From Dictyostelium discoideum (lineage: Eukaryota), in NCBI GenBank assembly GCA_000004695.1, contig CM000150.2:3648001-3712000 (forward strand): DNA of 64,000 nucleotides, given 5' to 3'. Position numbers and translations under genes: made by a program. The first letter of the stretch is position 1. Each line of letters starts with the position of its first letter. The notes beneath the pieces are model-generated. The model was not told the origin of the DNA. It worked only from the letters and a program-made list of their open reading frames with translations, and ran no database searches. Shown piece after piece: positions 14,673 through 27,571 of the stretch.

Positions 14673-15533
14673 TGTTGGTGGTACTAATGATTGAGCCCAA
14701 TCAGACCAAATCCATTTATAATCAAAATTTGAAAGATGATGTGCAAATGCTAAAGCGAAACGATCCATAACTTCAAAATCTAATTTATGAATATTTTCAA
14801 ATAATAAATTGATTGCATATGCAAATACTGGAATAACTGATGGTTGAGATTTAAAGAAATCAACAAATAAAACACTATAGTAAATTGGTTTAAAAGTTGG
14901 TTCTGGTAACATAAACATTTCACCCAATATTGTCTCTACTACAATATCATCGATTTCATTTTCAACTGGTAATGAATAAATAAACTTTGAACATTCTTTA
15001 TGATCTGAATTGAAGAATGATAAAATATCAATTATATAATCTTCTACAATATATCTTTCAACTGAATTATTATTATCATTACTAAGTACTCTAAATAATG
15101 GTTTATTTAAATTATTTGGATATTCTAATTTCTATTTTTTTTAAAAATAAAAAAAAATAAAATAAAATAAAATAAAATAATTAATAAATAAATTAATAAT
15201 TAAATAAATAAATTATATTATTATTAAAAACTTACTTCATCCTCAGGGAAATGAATTGTTGGTAAAATATGTTGTTGTGATGATGATGATGTAAGTGTTT
15301 CATTAAAATGTTTATATGGTCTTAAAATACCATTTACAATCCATGGTTGATCACAATCACGTAATGATTTAATTTGTTTTAACATTGATTCTAAACGATC
15401 ATCTGTATATCCATTATTATATGCTTGATAAAACTTTTTATCACCTGTTGATCTTGATTGTATATATGATTCACATTCTTCAATTACTGCATCTAATTGA
15501 CCTGAATGATTATGTGATAAATGTTCACCAATC

Positions 15534-15564
<31 letters not shown>

Positions 15565-16325
15565 TAAATTAATAAATTAATAAATTAATAAAATAAATAA
15601 ATAAAATAAATAATTACCCATGGAATAGTTGATAATACTAAGAAAACGAAATAATCAGCTTTATTTGGTGTATAATCTGATGTATTTAAAACTGATAATA
15701 AAGTTTCATATAATTCGAATATAGCATTGATTGTGAGTACATTTGCATTTACTAATTCTGGAATGAATCTAATTAATAATTTTGCATTATGAAATTTCTT
15801 CTTTTCCATTGCACTAAATATTTCATCAACTAATCTACAAACAACTTCTTTACCAAATTCTGAATTCTTTACATTAATTAAACCAACTAATGTTGCATAA
15901 ATTGGTGTTTTATATGTTAATGATGAAACACTTTTTTTTATTTATTTTATTTTATTTATTTTATTTTATTTTAATAATAGAAATAGTATTAGTATATCCC
16001 AGAGATTGTTAATTATTTTGTACATTTTTATTTTTTTATATTTTTTATTTTATTTTATTTTATTTTATTCTTACCATTTAAATAAAATATCTTGAATTAA
16101 TGAAGATTGTTTTGGAATATCGGCTAATAATGCATTTGCTAATGCATCAATATTTGATTCTAAACTACTTGTTGCTTTATCACCAATTCTAACGATGAGT
16201 GAAGTTAATTTTGATTTAAAATCTTCTTCTGGATCATGTCTTTGAAAGTTACCTCTACCTGATGGTTGTCCATTAAAACTATGTCTTGGTCCTCTGAAAT
16301 TACCACCATTATTTTGATATGCCAT
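13674..16325 (-). CDS. Nuclear cap-binding protein subunit 1 (CBP80/NCBP1 homolog); 4 exons: 16325..16075, 15930..15618, 15532..15236, 15131..13674 (minus strand)
   Basis: Exon 1 (MAYQNNGG…[18 protein letters not shown]…DILFK) aligns to the human CBP80 N-terminus (SLESNLEGLAGVLEADLP). Donors are GTAAGA/GTAATT/GTAAGT and acceptors AG, with phases consistent (251+313+297+1458 nt = 773 codons). Internal exons match the CBP80 MIF4G regions ([18 protein letters not shown]; [15 protein letters not shown]; [14 protein letters not shown]…LPEPTFKP). The last exon is the 417-aa ORF. Confidence 0.88.
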
Positions 16326-16486
16326 TTTTTTGTGAATGTATTTTTTTTATTTTTTTATATTATTCCTTTTTATTTTTTTTTTTTTATTTTCTTTAAATTT
16401 ACAACAACGAACTTAATATTCGTTTTAATAAAAATAAAAATATATGAAAAATAAATTTTTTAAAAAAAAAAACTTTTGAGAAAATG

Positions 16487-16526
<40 letters not shown>

Positions 16527-16602
16527 ATTTTCGAAAAAAATTTTAAAAAAAAAAAAAAATAAATAAATAAAAAACTTTTTAAGGAATCAATATAGGTAAT
16601 CC

Positions 16603-16647
<45 letters not shown>

Positions 16648-16994
16648 AAATTATATTTTATTAATACTATCATTCAGTTTTTTTTTATTATTATTATATT
16701 TATTATTATTTTTTTTTTTTAAAAAATATTATTTTTTCATTTTTTTTTTTTTTTTTTTCCCTTTAACCGAAATTTCTATTTATATAATTTCACCAAAAAA
16801 AAAAAAAAAAAAAAATTCATTTCAAAACTCACAAACAATCAAAGATAAATTTTATTTAATTTTTATTTTTATTTTTTTTTTTTTTTATTTTTTTATTTTT
16901 TAAAATTTTTTATTTTATTTTTTATTTTATTTTATTTTTTATTTTATTTTCTTTATTTAACCAATAATATAAATTCATATTAAACAACACAATA

Positions 16995-18427
<1,433 letters not shown>

Positions 18428-19019
18428 AAAAAAAAATAAAAAAAAAAAATAAAAAAAAAAAATATACAAACAAATCAAAAGAAGATTCATTATGAAAAAA
18501 AATAAAATTAAATTAAATGTTTTATCAAATTATATTGGTAAATCAATATTTTAAAAAAATAAAAAAAAAATAAACAAACCAAAAGAAGATTCATTGTGAA
18601 AAAAAAAAAAAAAAAAAAAAAAGGTTTTAATTATTCAAATTGTATTGATAAATCAATAAAAAATATATGTAGTGGTGGTGCTAATTCCGTAAATACAAGT
18701 TTTCAATCTTTACCAACAATTTAGTACTAGTATTATTAGTAATAAATTCAAATAATTTCTTCAAAAACCGAAATTTATCTTTATATTTCGACATGAAGAA
18801 AAAAATAATTAATTTGCTGATATTGCTATCAATCTTTATAGTTTAGAAACTCAAAAGAAAAATCAATCAATCTTCAAATAAGGAGAAAAAATTAAAGTAA
18901 TAATAAAAAAAAATTATTATTTACTAAAAATTACTATTTATTTAGATTAAATTTATTTATTTATTTAATTTAATTTTTTTTTTTTTTTTTTTTAAATTGA
19001 TTTTAGTTTTGTTTTAAAT

Positions 19020-19381
19020 TTAACAACATCTACGATGACGACGACGACCAATATCAATGTCAAGGTTAATGATATTTGTGTTTGAACCTCCACTACAACC
19101 ACCATTAAAACCACCATCACCACCCCATCCACTTAAACCACCCCATCCACCTAAACCACTACCACCACAACCACCATCAAAATATGCAATTGAATTATCA
19201 TTACTAGTGAATCCATTACGATTAGAGGTACTATTTGAACTTCCCATTGCACTAGTTGAATTTGAAATTGATGAAATTGATTCTGTTATATTATAATAGT
19301 GGTAAATGATTAGTTGTTGTAAAATAAAAAAATAAAAAAATAAATAAAAAATAAGAATTAATATTTACTAAAAATTGCCAT
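19020..19381 (-). CDS. Small Gly/Cys-rich hssA/2C/7E-like protein, copy 1; exons 19381..19369 and 19282..19020
   Basis: A 13-nt first exon ATGGCAATTTTTA is followed by a GTAAAT donor, a 86-nt intron and a CAG acceptor. Exon 2 gives [91 protein letters not shown] (91 aa). The architecture (SISSIS N-terminus, Gly-rich core, C-terminal Cys pair) resembles the Dictyostelium hssA/sigN small-protein family (recalled from memory, not searched). Confidence 0.65.
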
Positions 19382-19713
19382 TGTTATTTGTTGTTTTTTA
19401 AAATGTTTTGGTTTTATTTTTTATAATTTTATAATTTTTAAAATATAAATAGTTAATTAAATTGTTTGATTAAATTATATTAAAAAAAAAAAAAAAAAAT
19501 TTAAATGATAGGAATTTCCATTATTTACAAAAACAACTTTTTTTAAAATATATAAATTTAATTTTTAAAAACAAAGATTTTGTTATTTTATTGATAAATT
19601 AATCAAACAATTTAATAAACTATTTATATTTAAAAAATAATAAAAAATAATAAAAAATAAAAAATAAAATCATTTTTTAAAAAAAAAAAGTTTTTAAAAA
19701 TCAATACAAATAA

Positions 19714-20034
19714 ATGGCAATTTTTAGTAAATATTAATTCATTCTTTTTTTTTAAATTAACATTGCTTTTACTTACATTATAGAACTAATTTCATTAATT
19801 TCAAATTCTACTGGTTCAATGGGAAGTTCAATTGGTACCTCTAATCCTGATGGATTTGCTAGTAACAATAATTCAATTGCATGTTTTGATGGTGGTTGTG
19901 GTAGTGGTTCAGGTAGATGGAGTGGTATGGGTGGTATTGGTGGTTTTAATGGTGGTTGAGGTGGTTGTGGAGGTTCAAACACAAATATCATTAATATTGA
20001 TATTGATTTATGTCGTCGTCGTAGATGCTGTTAG
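19714..20034 (+). pseudogene. hssA/2C/7E-like copy 3 with an in-frame TGA (probable pseudogene); exons 19714..19726 and 19784..20034
   Basis: Same 13-nt first exon and GTAAAT donor. Exon 2 [82 protein letters not shown] has TGA at 19957-19959 in frame, plus a 6-nt insertion relative to its paralogs. Confidence 0.55.
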
Positions 20035-20469
20035 TTTCCTCTTAAAATTTAAATTATTATAAATATACAAAAGTTTTTTATTTTTTTTAAAAAAAAAACA
20101 AAAAATAAAATATTTTTTTAATTTTTACCTACATTTTCTTGTATTTTATTCATTGAATGTCTTTATTCTCTATTTTTAAAATAAGATGATTTTTTAAAAA
20201 ATAAAAAAATAAAAAAAAAAAATAAAAATAAAAAATAAACCTAAGAGATTTCAAACATTTTTTAATATCTGAAATATTTTATTTTATTTTTAAACTTGGA
20301 ATTAAATCAATATTTTGTAATTATATTAAATAAAAAAAGAAGAAAAAGAAAAAAAAGAAAAAAAATAAGAAAAAACTTTAAAAAAAAAATAAAATTAATG
20401 TATTGATAGATCTTTAAAATGAAAATAAAAAGATAGTTAATATTATTATTTTATTGATTAGAAAAAATT

Positions 20470-20600
20470 AACAACATTATGATGACGACTACATCCAATA
20501 TCAAAGTCACATCCTCCCAAACCATCACCAGAACATGTGTTGAATTATCATTGAAAATTGATCCATTATAACTACTGGTGGGGATTGAACTTGATGTTGA
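20470..20600 (-). pseudogene. Truncated degenerate relic of an hssA/2C/7E-like gene
   Basis: The minus strand reads …GGCDFDIGCSRHHNVVN*, a decayed version of the family C-terminus …[23 protein letters not shown]. It has no 5' exon or ATG. Confidence 0.4.
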
Positions 20601-20690
20601 TCCAGATGAATTTGTAAAATTATTATTTAAAATAGTTTGTAAAATTTAAAGTTTATAATATTTACAAAAAATTGACATTTTCTTGATATT

Positions 20691-20768
20691 TATTGTTTTT
20701 TTTTGTTTTTCTTTGTTTTTCTTTGTTTTTCTTTGTTTTTCTTTGTTTTTATTTGTTTTTATTTGTTC
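20691..20768. repeat. (CTTTGTTTTT)n decamer tandem array (about 7 units)
   Basis: ttttgtttttctttgtttttctttgtttttctttgtttttctttgtttttatttgtttttatttg lies between hssA-like relics. Confidence 0.85.
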
Positions 20769-21035
20769 TAATTAATAAGTAACAAAATTATAAATTTATA
20801 GTTTTTTAATTTTGCAAAAAAAAAAAAAAATAAAATAAAATGAAATAATATAAAAAAAGTTGTTTTACAAATCTATTTATTTAATTATGGAAATTCCTAT
20901 CAATTAAAATTTTATTTTATTTTAAAATAAATTAATTAAATAATTTAATTAACTATTTAAATTGGAATAAAAAATTAAAAAAAAAAATAAAAAAAAAATC
21001 ATTTTTTAAAAAAATAAACAAGTAAAAACAAAAAA

Positions 21036-21397
21036 ATGGCAATTTTTAGTAAATATTATTTCTTTCTCACTTTTTTTTTTTTTTTTTTTTGATTATGAAT
21101 AATAACTAATGATAAAATTATAAAAAAATAATAGAATCAATTTCATCAATTTCAAATTCTACTGGTTCAATGGGAAGTTCAATTAGTGCCTCTAATCTTG
21201 ATGGAATTGATAGTAACAATAATTCAATTGCATGTTTTGATGGTGGTTGTGGTGGTAGTGGTTTAGGTGGATGGAGTGGTTTTAATGGATTGGATGGTAT
21301 TGGTGGTTTTAATGGTGGTTGTAGTGGAGGTTCAAACACAAATATCATTAACCTTGACATCGATATTGGTCGTCGTCGTCATCGTAGATGTTGTTAA
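21036..21397 (+). CDS. Small Gly/Cys-rich hssA/2C/7E-like protein, copy 2; exons 21036..21048 and 21135..21397
   Basis: Identical 13-nt first exon and GTAAAT donor, with the AG acceptor at 21133-21134. It encodes [91 protein letters not shown]. The last 24 residues are identical to copy 1. Confidence 0.65.
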
Positions 21398-21574
21398 TTT
21401 ACTCTAATTAATAATAATAATAATATTGATAATTAAAAATAATAATAAATAAAAAGTTAAACTGTTTTTTTTTATTCTTTCTTTATTTTTTATTTTTTTT
21501 TAAATTTTATTATTTTTATTATTATAAACTTTTTAATAATAATAATAATAATTAAATATTAAAAAAATATTTAA

Positions 21575-22922
21575 TTAATTTTTTAAAACTTTATTATTTT
21601 CTAAAAAATTATCAATTTCATTTAATGGTATAATTGATTGAGTTGTGTCATCCATATTTTTAATGATAACAGTATTATTAGAATATTCAGAAGGTGCTAA
21701 AATGATTACAAAAGAAGGATTATTTTTAAATTTTTTTAATTGTTTTGAAAGGTTTTCATCCTCTAAATTAAAAGTTGACAATGTTGAAGACCAACCATTT
21801 CTTCTAAGATTTGAACAAAGTTTAAAAGCATTCTCTGAAAGTGATGAATCAGTTATCGCTATACCAATTGGTCTAATTGAATTTGGAATTTTAGATTGAT
21901 CTAAAAACAATACCATTCTTTCAATACCAGATGCCCAACCAATTGATGGTAATATTTCTTTATATTTATATCCTAATTGATTTGCTAAACCATCATACCT
22001 ACCACCACCTAATATTGCTAATCCTTGTTGTTGTTGCTGTTGTTGTCTTTGTCCTTTATTATTTTGATTATTATCAATTATTTGAATTTCAAATATTGTA
22101 TGTCTATAATAATCTAAACCTCTAACTAAAGATTTATCAATTTCATATGAAATACCTAAACAATCTAAACCTTTTAAAACATTATTAAAACGATCTTTAC
22201 ATTGTATTGATAAACTATCTTGAATTGATGGTGCCAATTTATTTAATTCAATATCTTGTCTTTCTTTTGAATCTAAAATACGTAATGAATTACCTCTCTC
22301 TAATCTTTTTATAGAGATTGGTGATAGCTTATTAACATTATCATTATAGAATCGTTTTAATGTTTCATTGTAAACTTTAATTGAATCAGTATCACCTAAT
22401 GAATTGATTTTCAAGAGAGTATCAGATTTATTAATACCAAGTCTCTCTATGAAATTCATGGCCATATCAATGATTTCAACATCTGATCTTGGATGTTGAT
22501 CACCAATTAACTCTACACCCAATTGATGAAATTGTCTTTGTCTACCTCTTTGTGGTCTTTCATATCTAAACATTGGTCCTTGATAATAGTATCTTTGAGC
22601 TGGTGTTAAATGATTGGTTGATGATTGATTAATAATTGCACGTATTACTCCTGCTGTACCTTCTGGTCTTAAACATATCATTGATGGTGGCGATGATGAC
22701 TCATTTGAATAATCTTTAAATTTAAACATCTCTTTCATTACAATATCTGAACTTTCACCAACTGATCTATTAAATAATTCAAATGGTTCTATTATTGGTG
22801 TACTAATTTCTTTAAATCCATATCTTTCTGCAACACCTCTTCCAACATCAAATATAAATTTATGAATTCTTTGTTCATTTGGAAATAAATCATATGTTCC
22901 CTTTATATTTTGTAAATTGATA

Positions 22923-22983
<61 letters not shown>

Positions 22984-23080
22984 TTGTTGAATAATAAAAA
23001 ATACTTTTATTTCGTAATATTGATGTATTTTTTAAATTGTTATGTAATAATGACGAAATTAAATTTGATGTTTTTAACAT
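21575..23080 (-). CDS. Histidyl-tRNA synthetase, bacterial/organellar type with an N-terminal presequence (probably mitochondrial)
   Basis: ATG at 23080 (MLKTSNLISSLLHNNLKNTSILRNKSIFYY…). Class II aaRS motifs are present: GTYDLFPNEQRIHKFIFDVGRGVAERYGFKEISTPIIE (motif 1 region), RPEGTAGVIRAI, RYYYQGPMFRYERPQRGRQRQFHQLGVELIG (motif 2) and GGGRYDGLANQLGY…GWASGIERM (motif 3), then an anticodon-binding domain. The track start at 23164 is a poly-T read-through. Confidence 0.88.
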
Positions 23081-23522
23081 TTTTTTTTTTTTTTTTTTTC
23101 CAATTTTTTTTTTTTTTTTTTTATAAATAGTCAAAAAAAAAAGGGGTTGAAAATCCAAAATCAATCTAAAATTATAATTTTAAAATAAATTAATATATAA
23201 AATAAAAATTTTAATGTTATCTGTTTTTTATTTGTTTAGTTTTACCAAAAAAAAAAAAAAAATTAAAAAATTAATTTTTAAAAAAAAAAAAAAAAATCCC
23301 ATTTTTTTTTTTTTAAAAAAAAATAAAAAAAATAAAAAAAGAAAAAGGAAAAATATCAACACCCATCATGTAAATATTTTTTTTTTTTTCCTCTCTCTTT
23401 TTTTTCACTTTTTTTTTTTTTTTTTTTTAAAATATTATTTTATTTTATTTTATTTTAAAAATAATAATTAATAATTAATAATTAATAATTAATAAAAATA
23501 AATAAAAAAAATAAAAAAAAGA

Positions 23523-23829
23523 ATGGATTATGAAATTTTATTAAATAAACAAAGATCAGTAAAAATATGGATAGAATTTATATTGGGTATTAATCTTGGT
23601 GATGTTAATGTTTTTGATGCAATTAGAGATGGTAGATTACTTTGTAAAATAATGAATAGTTTTCATGATAGAATCGATTATATTCATTATAGCAATGTTG
23701 TACCTGTTTCACCATTTAAAAGAACAGAGAATATAAATTTATTTTTAAAGAAATGCAGGTAGGTTTTTTTTTTTTTTTTTTAAAAATAAAATAAAAATAA
23801 ATACATATTCAATTTTAATTTTAATATTT

Positions 23830-23884
<55 letters not shown>

Positions 23885-24192
23885 TTACAGATTATATTTA
23901 CCACCAGAATCATTATTCAATATTAATGATTTAGAGAAGAATGAAAAACCAGAATTAGTATTAGATTGTTTAATACAATTATCAGAATATTTCTTACAAA
24001 ATAGAATTCCACCTGGTAATGCTAGTGAAAATGGTAGTAATGAGGATGGTTTCCCTTCTGATGATCTTTCTTATTATGATAATAATGGTAATATTATTAA
24101 TAATAATAATAATAATTATAATAACCATAATAATAATAATAATATTTTTTACAATATTAATAATAATAATCATAATAATAATAATCATAATC

Positions 24193-24243
<51 letters not shown>

Positions 24244-24260
24244 TTAATAATTATAATAAA

Positions 24261-24325
<65 letters not shown>

Positions 24326-24995
24326 TAATTTAAACAATTCATCATCATCAAATTCATCAAATCAATTCATTGATGAAAATGAAAATGAAAAAAATAATTA
24401 TCAATATCAATTTCAATACCTTCAACATCAACAATTCTTATATCAACAACAACAACTTTTAATTGAACAACAACAAAGATTACAACAACAACAACAGCAA
24501 CACCAATTAAAACTAAGACAACAACAACAGCAACAGCAACAACAACAACAACAACAATTACAAGGAGAAGAAGAAGAACAAGATGGTAATCAAGAAAATT
24601 ATGAACAAGATAATGATCAAATTCAAGAAAATTTAGAATATGGAGAAGATGGTGAAATTAATAATGAATCAGAAAATAGAGCTGTACCTTTTAAAAAAGG
24701 AATGAATGGTCATATTTTAGATTGTATATTAGAGGTTAAACATTATGTACTTGTACCATTATTCATATCAGTAGCGGCTGGTTTTGGTATTAAAATGGGT
24801 AGATCAATATTTGTAAATATGGTAGATTTTAATTATTCACTATTTTTTACAAGATCTTATTCTCATGTTTCCACCATCATCACAAATAAACTCGCTCATT
24901 CTCTTTCTTCTTTACCTTCTATCACTTTTAAAGACATTACAAATGTTTTAAATTCATTTATCGATTATACTAAAGATAACCTTTTAAAAAAATAG
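23523..24995 (+). CDS. Calponin-homology (CH) domain protein with long poly-N/poly-Q region; exons 23523..23758 and 23891..24995
   Basis: Exon 1 (…WIEFILGINLGDVNVFDAIRDGRLLCKIMNSF…NINLFLKKC) has a GTAGGT donor at 23759, and the acceptor tttacag ends at 23890. Exon 2 continues the CH fold (RLYLPPESLFNINDLEKNEKPELVLDCLIQLSEYFL). The frame was verified open through the (AAT)n/(CAA)n tracts to the 24702 ORF. The C-terminus has a hydrophobic segment (VLVPLFISVAAGFGI). Confidence 0.7.
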
Positions 24996-25859
24996 TAAAT
25001 TTAAAAAAATATAAAAATTATAAAAATAATAAAAATAAAAAAAAAAAGATAGAAATTTTTGAATAGAAAAAGTTTTTTTTTATGACTTTGATTTTGTTTT
25101 ATTTATTTTGTTTATTTATCTTTAGTTTTTTTTTTTTTTTTTTCATAAAAAATCCATTTTTTTATAAATTTTATTCTAGTTGTTTTTCAAAACAAAAAAA
25201 AAAAACAATTATAAAAAATGAATGGGAAATAAATTTTTTTTCTTTTTTATTTTGTTTAAAATTTGAATGTTTTTATTAATATTATTAAATCTAATAAGAT
25301 TTTAATTTTATTTAGAAATTTTTTTTTTTTTTTTATTTTCATATTAAAACTAAATAATTAAGTAAAACAAATTAATCTCCATTAGGAGTCTCGGTCATAA
25401 TGATAAGATTTTATATTTTTTTATTTTTAATTTTTTATTTTTATTTTTATTTTTTTTATTTTATAAAATTAACAAACACACAAAAATATGAAAAATAATA
25501 CAATAAAATAAAAACTAGGATAAAATATGATTATTATCATAATTTAAAATATAAAAATTAATAATCATTATGGATATTTTAATAAAAATTAATAATGTAA
25601 AAAAAAAAAAAAAAAAAAATTTAGTTTCAAATAAAAAAAAAAAAAAAAAAATGATTGTAAACAGAATAACATGACGATAATAATTATTTTCGTCCATAGA
25701 AATTCATTTTTGAAATTTTATTAAAAAATTTTTTTTTATTTTTTTTTTATTTTTTATTTTTTTTTTTTTTAAATTTCAATGAGAAAAATCTAATTTTTTT
25801 TTTTTTTCATTTTATTTTACTTACTCCAAAATCATATATATATATAATTAAAAAAAAAA

Positions 25860-26359
25860 ATGACAACCGTATGTAGTAATAATATAACCAACCTTTTTTT
25901 TTAAAAAATATTTAATTATTATTATTATTCAGAATATTATAAAAGAAATAAATGAAAAAATATTAATACTAGAAAATATTTTTTTTTTTTAAATTTATAT
26001 GATTAGTTTGAAGAAGCTGCTCAAAAAGTTAAAGAATTCACCAAGAAACCATCAAATGATGAATTATTAAGCCTTTATGGCTTATATAAGCAAGGAACCG
26101 ATGGTGACTGCAATATTAGCGAGCCATGGGCCGTACAAGTTGAGGCAAAGGCCAAGGCAAGTGTTTTTTTGATATAAATGGAGCAATTCTACTGCAAACT
26201 GAAAACAAGGATTTTCATACTAACTTTCCCTTTTTTTTTATTTTTTATTTTTATAAAATATAGTATAACGCTTGGAATGCTCTCAAAGGTACCTCAAAAG
26301 AAGATGCCAAAGCTAAATACGTTGCTCTCTATGAACAATTAGCCACCAAATACGCTTAA
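25860..26359 (+). CDS. acbA: Acyl-CoA-binding protein AcbA (precursor of the spore-differentiation peptide SDF-2); exons 25860..25868, 26007..26156, 26264..26359
   Basis: MTT | FEEAAQKVKEFTKKPSNDELLSLYGLYKQGTDGDCNISEPWAVQVEAKAK | YNAWNALKGTSKEDAKAKYVALYEQLATKYA* is a canonical ACBP fold and 84 aa as I recall for AcbA. Intron 1 has a GTATGT donor and a gattag acceptor. Intron 2 has AAG|GCAAGT (an apparent GC donor) and aaatatag|. Confidence 0.88.
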
Positions 26360-26540
26360 GTTATTCTAAATCTATTATAATAGTCTAATTGTTTTTACAA
26401 TTAAAATATAATAAAATAAAAGAATACTTTATTGTTTTTATAAATGTATTTAAAAAAAGACCATTCTATTTTTTTTTTTTTTTAATTATCCCTAAATATT
26501 TAAACAAGACTGGAAATACTGGTGGATATCATATCAATAT

Positions 26541-26750
26541 TAAGTGGCCTTTATGGCTTATATAAGCAAGGAACCGATGGTGACTGCAATATTTGTGAAC
26601 CTTTGGGCTGTATAAGTCGAGGCAAAGGCCAAGTGTTTTTTTGATATAAATAGAACAATTCTACTGCAAATAGGATTTCCAAAAATAACTTTACTTTTTT
26701 TATAAAATGGTATAAACCTTGGAATGTCTTCAAAGAATTAGCCACCAACC
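26541..26750 (+). pseudogene. Degraded partial duplicate of acbA (part of exon 2 + intron 2 + exon 3)
   Basis: About 210 nt collinear with acbA 26076..26359, including intron sequence (…gtgtttttttgatataaata…), with deletions and substitutions (LSGLYGLYKQGTDGDCNICEPLGC…). It has no start and no intact frame. Confidence 0.65.
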
Positions 26751-27571
26751 GCCATATTATTATTATTATTATTATTTTTTATTTATTTTTATTAGTTCAC
26801 AACAAATTGTTTTTATTTTTTTTTCATTTTTTTTAAAAACAATGGCATATGATTTTAAAGAATTTTTTTTTTTTTTTTTTTGAATAATTAATATCTAAAA
26901 AAAAAATAATAACAAATATTATCATATATCCTCTTAATTCTATTTCATTTTCGAAAATAGTCTGAAAAATAATAATAATAATAAATAAATTTTAAATCAT
27001 TTTGAAATTGGTCATTTTTTGATATATAAAAAAAAAAAAAAAAAAAAAAAAAATTAAAAATATTTTCCTTTTTTTATAACTCTATCAAAATAAATTTATA
27101 GTTTTAGCTCGCTCATATTCTATATAAAAATTAAAACATTTGGAATTATAAAAAAAAAAAGAATAACAAAAGAATTTCGCTTTTTTGTAATGTGGCAAAA
27201 AAGGTCGGAAATTTCTGCTTAAATAAAAAATATCTTCTCAACAATTAATGAAAAAAAAAAAAAATTAAACAACCAAAAAAATAAAATAAAAATTATAAAT
27301 ATATAATGAAAAAAATGATATATAGTTTAAAAAAGAACAATAAAATTTGCTTAATAATAGTTTTTGTAAATTTATATATTAAATCATTGTTTGAAAAAAA
27401 AATGAAAAAGAAATGATAAAAAAAAAAAAAAAAAAAAAAATGAAATTTGAAGGATGTTTTTAAAACTGGAAAAAAAAATAAACCAAGATTTAATATTTTC
27501 TAAACTAGTTTAAAAATTTTATTTACAAATATATAGTTAACAATATTGTTTATTTAGTAATGTGATAAAAG

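Noticed and set aside
19057-19296. Pro-rich ORFs ([20 protein letters not shown]…) at 19057..19296, 19773..19991 and 21118..21360
   Set aside because: They are antisense shadows of the GGN-rich hssA-like genes. The Gly-rich strand carries the conserved ATG micro-exon, intron and family-like C-terminus. The Pro-rich frames have no start-context conservation.
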